IMG/VR virus record: IMGVR_UViG_3300031740_000002
Coordinates: 1 to 55,701 of that record
Origin: a virus
Taxonomy: Duplodnaviria > Caudoviricetes
Direction: 5' to 3' (one strand)
DNA length: 55,701 nt
How positions within the stretch are numbered: position 1 is the first letter of the stretch; the number at the start of each line of letters is the position of its first letter. Of this stretch, positions 27,690-37,172 are shown in pieces. The notes under the pieces were generated by a model. The model was not told the DNA's origin, ran no database searches, and saw only the letters and a program-made list of their open reading frames with translations. Both the position numbers and the translations under genes were made by a program.

Positions 27690-27936
27690 CGCACTATAGC
27701 GCAACAACGGAAATGAGTTGATCTTAGGTGTTGCGTTGCGCAGTGCTGCGCCGTTCTTGGGAGCACATGCCGTCAGGCTGGGTGGTGCTGTGTTCCCCGC
27801 CGTTCTTAGCGGGGAACACCACCAGCCATGTGCCCCAAGGCGCTGCTGCGGTTTTTAAATTTGCAGCACTGCCGCAGCACCTCAATGCAGCACATGGAAT
27901 TGCTCAGAATCAGATTTAGGATATCCGAGATGATGC
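27690..27936. other. Candidate replication origin
   Basis: Non-coding; nested palindrome centred on 27790-27819; GCAGCAC x3 plus one inverted copy; TTTTTAAATTT; directly downstream of the helicase. Confidence 0.6.
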
Positions 27937-29619
27937 TTAATTAGGCTTAGAACCCAGGTGATGATACTTAGTCCGGTTCGGCCCTATCTCGATCCAGACC
28001 ATCGACTGCTCGATCAGCCACTGCACGGCCGCCATGACACGCCTGGACGACCCGAGATCGCACCGTGTCTGGAGATCGTTCTGGGTGGCTGGGGAGGCCT
28101 CAGTCCAGTCCCGCAGCGCCGCCATGATGCGCGCCGCGTCGCGCTCCAGTCCTACCTCGCGGCGCCCACGACCGGGCTCGCCGATACTCATGGATCGGCT
28201 GTCCACGTCGAAGTAGAGCTGCGTCTCGGCGAGATCGACATTGCGGCCGGTGGCACGCAGAAACCTGACCTGATCGACGACGGACAGGTACCAGAGCGCG
28301 TCCGCCCAGTCCTCCAGGCGCCCCGCTCCACGCACTGTCTCTGCGCCGGACTCGACGTCGGTCTTGCTGGACGCGTGGGCCGGCATCACGATCTCGGACA
28401 CGCCTGCCTCAGCCTTGATCTCATCCAGCAGACCGGTGAGCCGGTTGGCCTGACCGTTGTCATTCTCGTTGTCGACCACGCCCTGGCCCACCCGCGCGTA
28501 CGGATCAGGTATCCATACCGACACGTTGCGCGAGGCCAGCCAGTCCACCACGAAAGCGCGCACCTGCGGCACGGCCAGCGACAGCGCCGACCCGCGCAGA
28601 TGCAGGACGTGCACTCGCGACGCTGCGGCGATGCCCAGTCCGCGCAGCCAGTCCCGCTGCGTACGTGGCGTGTTCTCATAGTTGAACAGGGCCACCGAGC
28701 CTTCAAGCGGCGTGACCGGGTAGCGGCCGAGGAATGCCACGCCGTCGACCAGGGCGCGGATCAGACAGCCCATCATGGTGGTCTTGCCGGCCTTGCGGGC
28801 GGCCACCACCACCGCGTTACCGCCGGCGGGCAGCAGGCCAGCCACCCGCCACGGCGGGGACTCCTCCGGCGTGGCCAGTTCGGCAGCCAGGTCGCCCAGG
28901 CTGACCGGCTCGCGCCACGACCGCAGGAACTCCGCATCGGACAATCGCGCCCGCGCCGTCTCGCGCACCACGATGCGAGCCATCTCGGTACGCACCGCAG
29001 TCTCGAACGGGTCCATGGCCACCGCGACCGCGACACTCGACACGGCGCCGTTACTGAGGGCGTGACCGCCGTGGCCGTTCACGCCAGGGTCGACGAAGGG
29101 CGACGATGAGCCGAGCGCCGGGCCATACCCGGCGTGGTCAAAATCGGACGGAGGCGCCGCCCAGTCGGTGGTCGTACCCAGAAAGTCGGCGACCGGCAGC
29201 ACGGCCGGCGTGCGCGCCTTTCGTTCGGCGTGCAGCCAGCACGACCACGCTTCTCCGTAGGGGAAGGCCTCGGCTGCGCCACCGTTGCCGCTGGCCGCCG
29301 CGGCGGCCACGAAATAGGCATCCTGGACCTCTGTGACGTCCAGGTGCGCCCAGTCGGCCAGGCACAGCTCTATGAGACGGCAGGCCACCCGGTAGGCGGT
29401 GGCGTTGCGCGAGCCGGGCATGGCCGCCCGGAGGCTGGCGAGCTCGCCGCGCACCGCGCTGACCGCGTAGGCGTGCCCGTCGCGGCCGCTGTAGTCGGCG
29501 TGGATGGAGCGGTCGGCGTCGGCGACGCGGGGGCGCAGGATGTCCAGCAGCCACGCGCCGGGGCGATCCGGCCCAGATGGTCCCGGCAGCGCCGCACGCG
29601 TGGGCACCGGCTCTGTCAT
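27937..29619 (-). CDS. AAA/RecA-family replicative helicase
   Basis: AARKAGKT, YEN, WIPDP, PAH, RGAGRLEDWAD; C-terminal wHTH-like region. Confidence 0.85.
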   Translation of the reverse strand: MTEPVPTRAALPGPSGPDRPGAWLLDILRPRVADADRSIHADYSGRDGHAYAVSAVRGELASLRAAMPGSRNATAYRVACRLIELCLADWAHLDVTEVQDAYFVAAAAASGNGGAAEAFPYGEAWSCWLHAERKARTPAVLPVADFLGTTTDWAAPPSDFDHAGYGPALGSSSPFVDPGVNGHGGHALSNGAVSSVAVAVAMDPFETAVRTEMARIVVRETARARLSDAEFLRSWREPVSLGDLAAELATPEESPPWRVAGLLPAGGNAVVVAARKAGKTTMMGCLIRALVDGVAFLGRYPVTPLEGSVALFNYENTPRTQRDWLRGLGIAAASRVHVLHLRGSALSLAVPQVRAFVVDWLASRNVSVWIPDPYARVGQGVVDNENDNGQANRLTGLLDEIKAEAGVSEIVMPAHASSKTDVESGAETVRGAGRLEDWADALWYLSVVDQVRFLRATGRNVDLAETQLYFDVDSRSMSIGEPGRGRREVGLERDAARIMAALRDWTEASPATQNDLQTRCDLGSSRRVMAAVQWLIEQSMVWIEIGPNRTKYHHLGSKPN

Positions 29620-30191
29620 GGCGTGGAGCCGACCGCGATAGCTGCCGCGTTCGGGTCGCCGAGCACCACGTAGGCGCCGCGGCCGGACACCGAGGGCGGC
29701 GCCACCACGAAGCCACCGCGCCCGCGCACGTCCAGCCCGACAGGCAGGGTGCCGCGGCGGTTGGTCAGGTCGAAGTCGACACCGGCGAGCGACCAGTACA
29801 GGTGCAGGCCGCCCGAGCCGGTGCGCACGGTGTAGGTGCGCGGCAGGGCGCCGTGCGCCAACTCCAGCGCGGCCAGGGCAGCGTCACCGCCGTGCAGGGG
29901 ATCGACGTCCAGGACCCAGATGCCCGAGGCCGGCCCGGTGACGATGCCGACGTTGGCCGCAGGGCGGGCGGCCCAGGCGGCGTAGACCTCGGGGACGCTA
30001 CCCAGGTGCAGATCCTGCCAGCGCTCCAGGACCGGGTGTTTGCCGGGCGATTTGCAGTACTGGGCATCGCGGCAGGAGCAGGCGCCGGTGGCGTAGTCGT
30101 GCAGTGCGATCACGCGCCAGCCGCGCATCACGTAGCCGGCCGCTGCGCCGGCCAGGGCCGCGGCTGCCGGTGCCAGCATAGGGGAGGCCAT
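29616..30191 (-). CDS. Bifunctional DNA primase/polymerase (Prim-Pol) domain
   Basis: CSC..C..PGKHP, NVGIVTG, VLDVD, TGSGGLHLY, DVRG..FVVAPPS. Confidence 0.92.
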   Translation of the reverse strand: MASPMLAPAAAALAGAAAGYVMRGWRVIALHDYATGACSCRDAQYCKSPGKHPVLERWQDLHLGSVPEVYAAWAARPAANVGIVTGPASGIWVLDVDPLHGGDAALAALELAHGALPRTYTVRTGSGGLHLYWSLAGVDFDLTNRRGTLPVGLDVRGRGGFVVAPPSVSGRGAYVVLGDPNAAAIAVGSTP

Positions 30192-30273
30192 CGTTTGTCA
30201 CACTCCTGCTGCCCGGACCCGATGACGAATGCCCGACGCTACATCGCTACGGCGCCGGGTGTGCCACGATCGT

Positions 30274-30555
30274 TCAGGCCATCTGCTCCGGATCGATCGT
30301 GCCGTCGCGCAGGCCATCCTCGACGCAGGCCAGGCCGTGGTCGATGACGGCGCGCATGACGCGCGCCTGGCTCATCCGGTGCGTCCTGGTCAGCGCCACC
30401 ACGCGTTCCTTGCGGTCGGGCAGCACCAGTGCGACGAGCTGCGCGGTGAAGCGTGCCGTGGCGTTGGTGCCGCGGTAGCCGCCGATGTTGGGTGCCGGGT
30501 CAGCCACTACTACACCGCCGTCCAGGGCGTCGATCGGATTGGTTTGTCCAGCCAT
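30274..30555 (-). CDS. Putative ribbon-helix-helix regulator
   Basis: QLVALV strand, then two helices (MSQARVMRAVIDHGL); TTGACC-18-TAGTGT-6-ATG. Confidence 0.55.
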   Translation of the reverse strand: MAGQTNPIDALDGGVVVADPAPNIGGYRGTNATARFTAQLVALVLPDRKERVVALTRTHRMSQARVMRAVIDHGLACVEDGLRDGTIDPEQMA

Positions 30556-30566
30556 GGCCAGACACT

Positions 30567-30586
30567 ACTTGACTTGTCACTAGGTG
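30567..30586. promoter_or_regulatory. TGAC-N2-GTCA motif copy
   Basis: ACTTGACTTGTCACTAGGTG between RHH-like gene and methylase. Confidence 0.8.
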
Positions 30587-30603
30587 GTCAACAGCCGTAG
30601 CCT

Positions 30604-31122
30604 GTGACCATGCTCGTCGGATACCAGGCCAACAACCATCCTCAGCAGGTCGCCAGGCGCGGCGCCGCCGCGAAGGTCGACGACCGGGCCATCCATCCGG
30701 ACGATTTCGCCCCGTTGCATGCGCGGTTCCGATTCACGATCGATGCCGCGGCCTCGGCTGAGAATGCGCGCCTGCCGCGTTTCTGGACCGAGCAGGACGA
30801 CGCGCTGTCGCGGTCGTGGGCCGGTGAGCGGGTCTGGTGCAACCCGCCGTACTCCGACATCCGGCCATGGGTGCTCAAGGCTCACGACGAGCAGGCCAAC
30901 GGGGCCGAGCTGATCGTGATGCTGCTGCCCGCCAACCGCACCGAGCAGGCGTGGTGGCAGGACGAAGTTGAGCCGTTCCGCGATGATGACGGCAGTTTCA
31001 CGGTCACGTTTCTGCGCGGACGTATGCGGTTCATTCAGGCCGGGCGTACCGACGTCGGTCCGAACGAGCGACCACCGTTCGGCTGCTGCCTGCTCATCTG
31101 GACGCAGAGCCATGTCCAGTGA
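30604..31122 (+). CDS. Phage Dam-type DNA N6-adenine methyltransferase
   Basis: FTIDAAAS, WCNPPYS, MLLPA, GRMRF. Confidence 0.9.
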   Translation: MTMLVGYQANNHPQQVARRGAAAKVDDRAIHPDDFAPLHARFRFTIDAAASAENARLPRFWTEQDDALSRSWAGERVWCNPPYSDIRPWVLKAHDEQANGAELIVMLLPANRTEQAWWQDEVEPFRDDDGSFTVTFLRGRMRFIQAGRTDVGPNERPPFGCCLLIWTQSHVQ

Positions 31123-31267
31123 CGGTCCACGCACCGCGCAGGAATGGCTGGAGCACTTCGCAGCGCAGGAAGCCGCGGCGCATGCTCGTACCATGGCCGC
31201 GGCTCTGCTGGCGGTGTTCCTGGCCTTCCCCGCCTCGGAGGTGCTGACGTCGCCCGGTCGTCCTGGC

Positions 31268-32176
31268 CTAGTCGGCGATCAGCACCGAGCCGGTGGCCAG
31301 GGCTGAGCGGATCGCGTCGACCACCACGAAGTAGGTGTCATTGCGGCTGGCCCAGCGGGCTTCGTCGCCGGCGAAGTTGTCGAACATGGCCATCCGGATG
31401 CCCTTCTCGAATTCGGCCTGGACGCCCTGGCCGCTGACGCAGTCATTCGTGATCGAGGTGGGCTCGGTGCCGGCGATGCTCTTGCCGTTGGCGTCGAGGT
31501 CGGCGATGACCGCGGCAAAGCCTGACGGCATGCCCGTGAGCGCGTTCAGGGCCGCGATGACGCGATCGCGCATCAGGATGTCCAGACCGCCGACGTGGAC
31601 CTTCATACCCACGCCTGGCGCGCCGTGCACGGCGACCACGCGCATCGCACGTCGGCCTGCCCAGCGGCAGATCGGCTCGTCGAAGTTGACCGAGGTGATG
31701 TGCAGTTGGGCGTTGCCGCCCGCGGGCATGACGCCCTTGAATTCGTAGAAATCCCACAGCGCTCCGGGCATCTCCACGCCGGCGATGCCCGCACCGATCG
31801 CCGCCGTGCCCAACTCGATGCCGCCGCTGTGCGGCGCCTCGACCAGCACGTCCGTGCCGGTGCGGTGCAGCGTGATGGTGAAGGCCCCAGTCGGGTGGGC
31901 CGCCTTCAGTGCGGCGAAGTTCGGGTAAACGTCAGACATGGCCTTTACAGCATCCTTAGCTAGTTGTTCGATCTTCTCGTCATAGCCGGAATCGTGGAAC
32001 TCCCAGCCGTCATTGGCCGCTTCGTCGTCAAGCCACTCCGCGTCAAGGCCGTATAGATCACCAAATTTACGCGCCGCATCGGTGACGATGCCCGGATCTC
32101 CGGGCACGCCTCCCGCGTAGTACCAGTACGGTCCATTTGCGGATGCAAACTCACTACTTGTCTGCCCACGCCCCAT
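31268..32176 (-). CDS. Poly-gamma-glutamate hydrolase family protein (PghP-like)
   Basis: YPNFAAL, APHSGGIELGT, HITSVNFDEP, VHG, GVQAE; domain begins at Met 31939, so the start is uncertain. Confidence 0.85.
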   Translation of the reverse strand: MGRGQTSSEFASANGPYWYYAGGVPGDPGIVTDAARKFGDLYGLDAEWLDDEAANDGWEFHDSGYDEKIEQLAKDAVKAMSDVYPNFAALKAAHPTGAFTITLHRTGTDVLVEAPHSGGIELGTAAIGAGIAGVEMPGALWDFYEFKGVMPAGGNAQLHITSVNFDEPICRWAGRRAMRVVAVHGAPGVGMKVHVGGLDILMRDRVIAALNALTGMPSGFAAVIADLDANGKSIAGTEPTSITNDCVSGQGVQAEFEKGIRMAMFDNFAGDEARWASRNDTYFVVVDAIRSALATGSVLIAD

Positions 32177-32412
32177 TACGCGGCGCACCAGCACCGGTCG
32201 AACTCGTACACGCCGCCGGTCTGGACATCCTCGCAGTCGACCTGATCGTCCGGCCCGACCAGGACCGTGTCCTGGCGCGGCGCATCGCTCCTGAACTCCG
32301 CACGGTAGCTGCGGACCATGTCGCAGGCGGACATCGGTGCCACCTGCGTACCGGCGATGAGGCTGCCCAGAGCGATCCCCAGCGCAATGCCGGTCGGTAG
32401 TGGGCGCCTCAT
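32176..32412 (-). CDS. Small secreted/membrane protein
   Basis: Hydrophobic N-terminus, 4 Cys; coupled to neighbours. Confidence 0.5.
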   Translation of the reverse strand: MRRPLPTGIALGIALGSLIAGTQVAPMSACDMVRSYRAEFRSDAPRQDTVLVGPDDQVDCEDVQTGGVYEFDRCWCAA

Positions 32413-32774
32413 GCTCGCACCATGAGCAGAGTTACTCGTCCGTCGGCACCCATGTCAATGGTGCTCGATCCTGCGAACAGCCATTCGCCGCTCAGACCGG
32501 GGATGGTGTAGCGGTAGCCCGCACTCATCGGGATCGGTGCCGCAGAACCGACGGGCTCAGACAACCCTGAGTCAGGGCTCATGTCGATTTCGCTGGGCTG
32601 CGGCCAGGTCACCGGAACGGTAGGAGGCAACACGCCGATACCGTCGATAGTGAGCGGCCAGAAGCCAGCAGGCAGTGCAGCGAGGAACGCCTGCGCGGCA
32701 CGACTGATCTGCGCTATCTCGGCCGGCGTCCAACCGCGGTCGATTGGCGCCGTGATGATCCAGCGATCGCTCAT
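32409..32774 (-). CDS. Hypothetical protein
   Basis: ATGA coupling at both ends. Confidence 0.55.
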   Translation of the reverse strand: MSDRWIITAPIDRGWTPAEIAQISRAAQAFLAALPAGFWPLTIDGIGVLPPTVPVTWPQPSEIDMSPDSGLSEPVGSAAPIPMSAGYRYTIPGLSGEWLFAGSSTIDMGADGRVTLLMVRA

Positions 32775-32995
32775 GAGCACACCTCGGCATCTGCCCGGTC
32801 CAGGCGTACCCGGACATCCTCAGCGTTGCTCGGCGTCCAGCACTCGATGTGCGGCCCGGCACAACACTCGTCGTAGATCTGCAGGTCGTCTGGTGAACCG
32901 CCGTGCATCATGGCGTGCACATCCGGCTTTGGGCAAACCGGAGCTACGCCGGTCGGACCCTCGCTGTCGGTCAGGATCACGCGCCACTGGCTCAT
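32771..32995 (-). CDS. Hypothetical protein
   Basis: MSQWRV start in an ATGA overlap. Confidence 0.55.
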   Translation of the reverse strand: MSQWRVILTDSEGPTGVAPVCPKPDVHAMMHGGSPDDLQIYDECCAGPHIECWTPSNAEDVRVRLDRADAEVCS

Positions 32996-33738
32996 GACGC
33001 ATCCTCGACCTGACCGGCGTCCGCCGCGGCGTAGGACCAGTCGATGTCGCCCGCGGCGAGCAGCGCGGTCACGCTGCGCCGCATGCTGCGCAGGTCCGAC
33101 CCGAGCCATGCCAGCACCAGCGCGCGGCGCACCGGACCCAGGTGGGCGGTGCGGGCGATGGCCGCGAGTCGTGCGATGAACTCCCCGCCGGTGGCCGCCG
33201 ACGTCACGTCGGGCAGCACGTGCACCTTGCGTGCGTCACCGGCGTAGCCACGCGTGCGCAGGCCCTGGCGCAGGATCTGCGCCCAGCGCGCGTGCGGCGT
33301 GGTGACCGCGTGGGCCAGGTGGATCAGTCGGATGGCGCGGTCGATGCGCTCAGGATCGGACCAGTCGAGCTGTGCGGCCAGGTCGTCGGCGAGCTCGCGC
33401 GGCGCGCCGGGCTGCTCGGGCAGCGACAGGATCTGCGTCGGCGCGAACAGCGGGAAGTGCACATCTAGGATCATCTTCGCCGAGGCGAGCCGCTCCGGCT
33501 GGTACAGGTTCGGGTGCGCCGCCTCGGCCGTGGTCAGATCGGTGAACCACAGTCCGGTCCCGATCCCGACCCGCCCGCCTCCGCCATCGCCCAGGCGCGG
33601 CCAGTGCACGCGCACGCCGTACTCGTCGGGATCATCGACGGCCAGAAACGCGTGGCCGCCGCGGAGCTGGTTGGCCCGCTTGTGTCGTGGGTCGCGCTGA
33701 AGGTAGATGTGGAGCACTCTCGTGTCATCGTCGGTCAT
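32992..33738 (-). CDS. Hypothetical protein
   Basis: TAGCGT 8 nt before ATG; first gene of the leftward operon. Confidence 0.6.
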   Translation of the reverse strand: MTDDDTRVLHIYLQRDPRHKRANQLRGGHAFLAVDDPDEYGVRVHWPRLGDGGGGRVGIGTGLWFTDLTTAEAAHPNLYQPERLASAKMILDVHFPLFAPTQILSLPEQPGAPRELADDLAAQLDWSDPERIDRAIRLIHLAHAVTTPHARWAQILRQGLRTRGYAGDARKVHVLPDVTSAATGGEFIARLAAIARTAHLGPVRRALVLAWLGSDLRSMRRSVTALLAAGDIDWSYAAADAGQVEDAS

Positions 33739-33757
33739 GGCTGCACACGCTATCACA

Positions 33758-33780
33758 ACCACTTGACATGTCACTAGGTG
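33758..33780. promoter_or_regulatory. TGAC-N2-GTCA motif copy
   Basis: ACCACTTGACATGTCACTAGGTG at the main divergence point. Confidence 0.85.
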
Positions 33781-33800
33781 CGTCGGTAGCGTCCTCGGAC

Positions 33801-35423
33801 ATGATGACAGACACCGCGCCCACCTCGACCGACGCGGCGCGCACCACGGCCGGCGACGCCAAAGAGATCCGCGAGCGCAGTGCCGCGGCGCGCGAGCGCA
33901 TCCTCAATGCCGCCCTGGCCGCCTACGGGTTCACCGACACGGTCAGCGGCGCCCGACGCGAGGCCATCGGAGACGCCGTCGAGGCAGCTCTGCTCGAGGC
34001 CGCTCAGGTGCTGCGCGAGGAGGCCGACTGGTGGGAGGCCCAGCGTCGGCGTGGCTGGAAGACGACCGCCGAGCAGATCCGCCAGGCGGCGTCACGCATC
34101 GCTGGCCTGGGCCTGGGCGTCTCGATGATCGCTTCGACCGAGCCGTTCGTGCCCGCCGAGCCGACCATGCCAGAGCCCTCCGACGGCGAGCACGCAATCA
34201 TCGAGGAGACGGGTAACTGCGTCTGCGGCCAGCCGGCCGGGCACCTGGAACTGGAGGCGCAGCAGGCCGCTCAGCAGACCCAGATCGCTGCCGACACGGC
34301 TGCGCACTCGCAGCATCTGATGGACTACCTGACGGGAGCCAGCAACGTGTACGACCCTGTCCAGCCGCCACCGCCGGCTCCGGCTATCCCTGCGCCGCCC
34401 ATCCCGATCGTAGGCACGCCGTTCGTTGACCCGGTCGGTCCGGGCGCGAACGCTCCAGCGGCACGGTTGGCCTTTCGCGACCTGGACGGTCTGGTCAGCA
34501 CCCTGGCGATAACGACCACCTCGCCGTCGTCGCTGTCGCACAGTTCGGTGACCACGTATGAGGGCTGCGGCGTGCGTGCGCTGATGACCCGTGCGTCCCG
34601 CCATGGACTGATCGGCGTCGGTCGACCGCAGTGGTCGATGATCGGTGGCCGCGCCTTCCATCTGGCCGTGCAGCAGGTCGAGCAGTACGCGGCCACCGCA
34701 GTCCCAGGCGGTGCACCACCCGCACTCAGTGACAGCGACGTCACCGGCCTGTGGACCAACAGTCTGAACGCCACCATCGCGGAGGAGTCGGAGAAGGTCG
34801 CTAACAGTCCGTACTGGGACATGACGACCTGGCGCGCCTCGGCACAGGGCAAAGAGGGCTACGACTGGTGGCGCGTGGAGGGCCGGGCCATGCTGGCCCG
34901 CTACCTGGACGTGCACGACGCAGCCTGGCGTGCCGCACGCACGTTGCTGTCCGTGGCCGACCCTGCCGCCGTCAACTCGCTGACTCCGGTCCTGGAATGG
35001 TCCTATGAGTCCAGCATCAAAGGTGACGCCATCATCACCACCGGCGCCATCATGACCAGGGGCGTGATCGATTCGGCCTGGACGGTGATGGGCACCAAGG
35101 GCATCGAGTTGCCGACCATCGACATCATCGACCTGAAGTCAGGCTCACGCATGCCGCGCGACCACTTCCAGCTTGATGAGTACGCGGCCGCGCTGCGCTG
35201 CGTCCTGCCGCCGAACTTCGCCCTGCCGATCCGCGGCCTCTACTACAACGCGCGCAAGGGCACCTACAGCGAGCCGGTGGTGCTCAACGGAACAGGTGCC
35301 GCGGCGCAGGAGTACCGCTATGCGCAGGTGCACCGTGGCATGACGGCCGGCGTGTACGCGGCCAACCCGTCCGACTTCTGTGCGGCGTGCCCCTTCGCCG
35401 ACTACTGCCCGACGCAGCGTTGA
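33801..35423 (+). CDS. RecB-like/Cas4-like PD-(D/E)XK exonuclease
   Basis: SHSSVTTYEGC, G.AFH, GVID, IIDLKSG, QLDEYA, CAACPFADYC; TTGACA-18-TAGCGT promoter. Confidence 0.88.
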   Translation: MMTDTAPTSTDAARTTAGDAKEIRERSAAARERILNAALAAYGFTDTVSGARREAIGDAVEAALLEAAQVLREEADWWEAQRRRGWKTTAEQIRQAASRIAGLGLGVSMIASTEPFVPAEPTMPEPSDGEHAIIEETGNCVCGQPAGHLELEAQQAAQQTQIAADTAAHSQHLMDYLTGASNVYDPVQPPPPAPAIPAPPIPIVGTPFVDPVGPGANAPAARLAFRDLDGLVSTLAITTTSPSSLSHSSVTTYEGCGVRALMTRASRHGLIGVGRPQWSMIGGRAFHLAVQQVEQYAATAVPGGAPPALSDSDVTGLWTNSLNATIAEESEKVANSPYWDMTTWRASAQGKEGYDWWRVEGRAMLARYLDVHDAAWRAARTLLSVADPAAVNSLTPVLEWSYESSIKGDAIITTGAIMTRGVIDSAWTVMGTKGIELPTIDIIDLKSGSRMPRDHFQLDEYAAALRCVLPPNFALPIRGLYYNARKGTYSEPVVLNGTGAAAQEYRYAQVHRGMTAGVYAANPSDFCAACPFADYCPTQR

Positions 35424-35545
35424 GCGACCTGCCACAAACACCGGTTGAACAGCGCGAGGCAGCATCGCCGGTTACCGATCAGTAATTGAGCAGGCAAGTT
35501 GCGCAACTTGCGCATGCAACGACCGCAACATCGGAGGGGAGCGCC

Positions 35546-35767
35546 ATGGACGAGCACGCGTCTGAGGTCGGCGAGCTCAACGAGCGGATCGGCGACCTCG
35601 AGACCGAGTTGCACGAGGCGACGGAAACACTCGACGCCCGCGCGGAGGCGCTCAAGACGTTCGCCGAGGCCATCGCCACATGGGACGACGGCGAGCGCGA
35701 TCACGGCAGTGACGTCGCGCTGCTCGTCGCCTGGGATGAGTACCGGTGCGCGGTGAGCCATGACTGA
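35546..35767 (+). CDS. Acidic coiled-coil protein
   Basis: GGAGGGGAG RBS before MDEHASE. Confidence 0.55.
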   Translation: MDEHASEVGELNERIGDLETELHEATETLDARAEALKTFAEAIATWDDGERDHGSDVALLVAWDEYRCAVSHD

Positions 35768-36257
35768 CATCGAACTGCCCGTAGAGCCTGCCGCTCCGTC
35801 CGTCGAGGATCAACTACGCGCCGCGCTCTACGGGGCGTGCACGTACCACCGGGCCACGCGCATCACGTCGGGGCATCGGGTCGGCTACATCGTCAGTGAG
35901 GCGATGTGGCAGCGTGCCGGCGGCGCAGGCTTCCCCGCGCCTTGCCCGGTTACCCGCCTCGACTGGGCATCACCGCCGCATGGGCCGAGGTGCACGCTGG
36001 ACGAAGGCCACGCCGGCTACCACGCCTGGGAGTACCAGGAAGTGCGCAAATGGCCCGAGCGACCTGAGTCTGCCGTGTCACGCGAGTCGCTGCTGGATCT
36101 CGGATCGGCGGTGGCCGTGCGAGACCGCCGCGCTCGCCGCTGGGTCCGCGACGCTCAGGGAGACTGGGTCCATCGCGGCGGACTGCTGACCTCCCGCCTT
36201 TCCTACGAAGCGCTGTCGCGCTGCTATGGGCCGCTTACCGCAGACCCTGGGGATTGA
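35760..36257 (+). CDS. Hypothetical protein
   Basis: Overlaps upstream stop; CTLDEGHAGYH motif. Confidence 0.55.
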   Translation: MTDIELPVEPAAPSVEDQLRAALYGACTYHRATRITSGHRVGYIVSEAMWQRAGGAGFPAPCPVTRLDWASPPHGPRCTLDEGHAGYHAWEYQEVRKWPERPESAVSRESLLDLGSAVAVRDRRARRWVRDAQGDWVHRGGLLTSRLSYEALSRCYGPLTADPGD

Positions 36258-36311
36258 CAATGCTCCCTCGGTCGAGGTGGCCGGGGACGGTGCAACGGAA
36301 GGAACACGGCA

Positions 36312-37094
36312 ATGAACCTGATCCGTCACGGCAGAGCGCGCGCCAAGCGGGCCGAGGGTACGAGTAGACAGAACCAGCTCCGGCACGCCACGGCGCTCGC
36401 CCTCGCGGGCAGCCTGGTCGCGGTGCTTCTGCTCGCGCTGGCCTCCCCCGCCAGCGCCAAACCGGTCACGCCGCACAAGGGCGAAGGGCTCATCTCGATG
36501 ACCCAGCGCACCTGCGGTTCCGCGGCGACCTGGCAGGCTGAGGCCGCTCGCAACAAGGTGAGCTCGGCGAATGGGTACCGGATCTATCTGGGCTCCAGCT
36601 ACGACATCACCTGTGTCGGACGCGGCGACGAACCGCAGTTTGATGCCGGCAACGCGCGTCCGAAGCCGCCGCAGGCGTCACGCTCCGGTCGTAGCGACAA
36701 CTGGGTGCACCCGCTCGCCTCCGGCGTCAGGGCCAGCAACTGGAAGGCATGTCCGGGCGCGCCGCGCGACGGACACACCCACGTCGGCATCGACCTGTCC
36801 GCAGGCACCGGTAGTGCAGTGCGGGCGGTCTGGGGCGGCCAGGTGATCGTGTCGCACTACTCGGGCTCGGCCGGCTGGTACGTGAAGATCGCCCATGGCG
36901 GCGCGACGACGTCCACGTATATGCATCTGCGGTCGCGTGGCCTACCGGTCGGTACCGGTGTCGCGCCGGGCACGGTGATCGGTTACAGCGGAGCGACGGG
37001 CAACGCGAAGGGTCCGCATCTGCACTTCGAGGCGACCGGCGCAGGCAACACCGCGCAGACCGTGAAAGCCCATGGCCTGAATCTGGGCTGTTGA
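36312..37094 (+). CDS. Secreted M23 peptidase with LysM-like N-terminal domain
   Basis: Signal ASPASA; HVGID, YMHL, GPHLHFE. Confidence 0.9.
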   Translation: MNLIRHGRARAKRAEGTSRQNQLRHATALALAGSLVAVLLLALASPASAKPVTPHKGEGLISMTQRTCGSAATWQAEAARNKVSSANGYRIYLGSSYDITCVGRGDEPQFDAGNARPKPPQASRSGRSDNWVHPLASGVRASNWKACPGAPRDGHTHVGIDLSAGTGSAVRAVWGGQVIVSHYSGSAGWYVKIAHGGATTSTYMHLRSRGLPVGTGVAPGTVIGYSGATGNAKGPHLHFEATGAGNTAQTVKAHGLNLGC

Positions 37095-37172
37095 TCCACA
37101 TATAGAGCCGGGCCGGCTCTGGTTATGACAGGGCCGGGCCGGCACCAAAACCGGGCGAGAAGATGACGTGTC

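Noticed and set aside
27790-27819. CRISPR array suggested by a type I-E-like repeat
   Set aside because: Single copy, no spacers, loop too long; better explained as an origin palindrome
33801-35423. cas4 as part of a CRISPR system
   Set aside because: No other cas genes or array; RecB-like nucleases are common in phages
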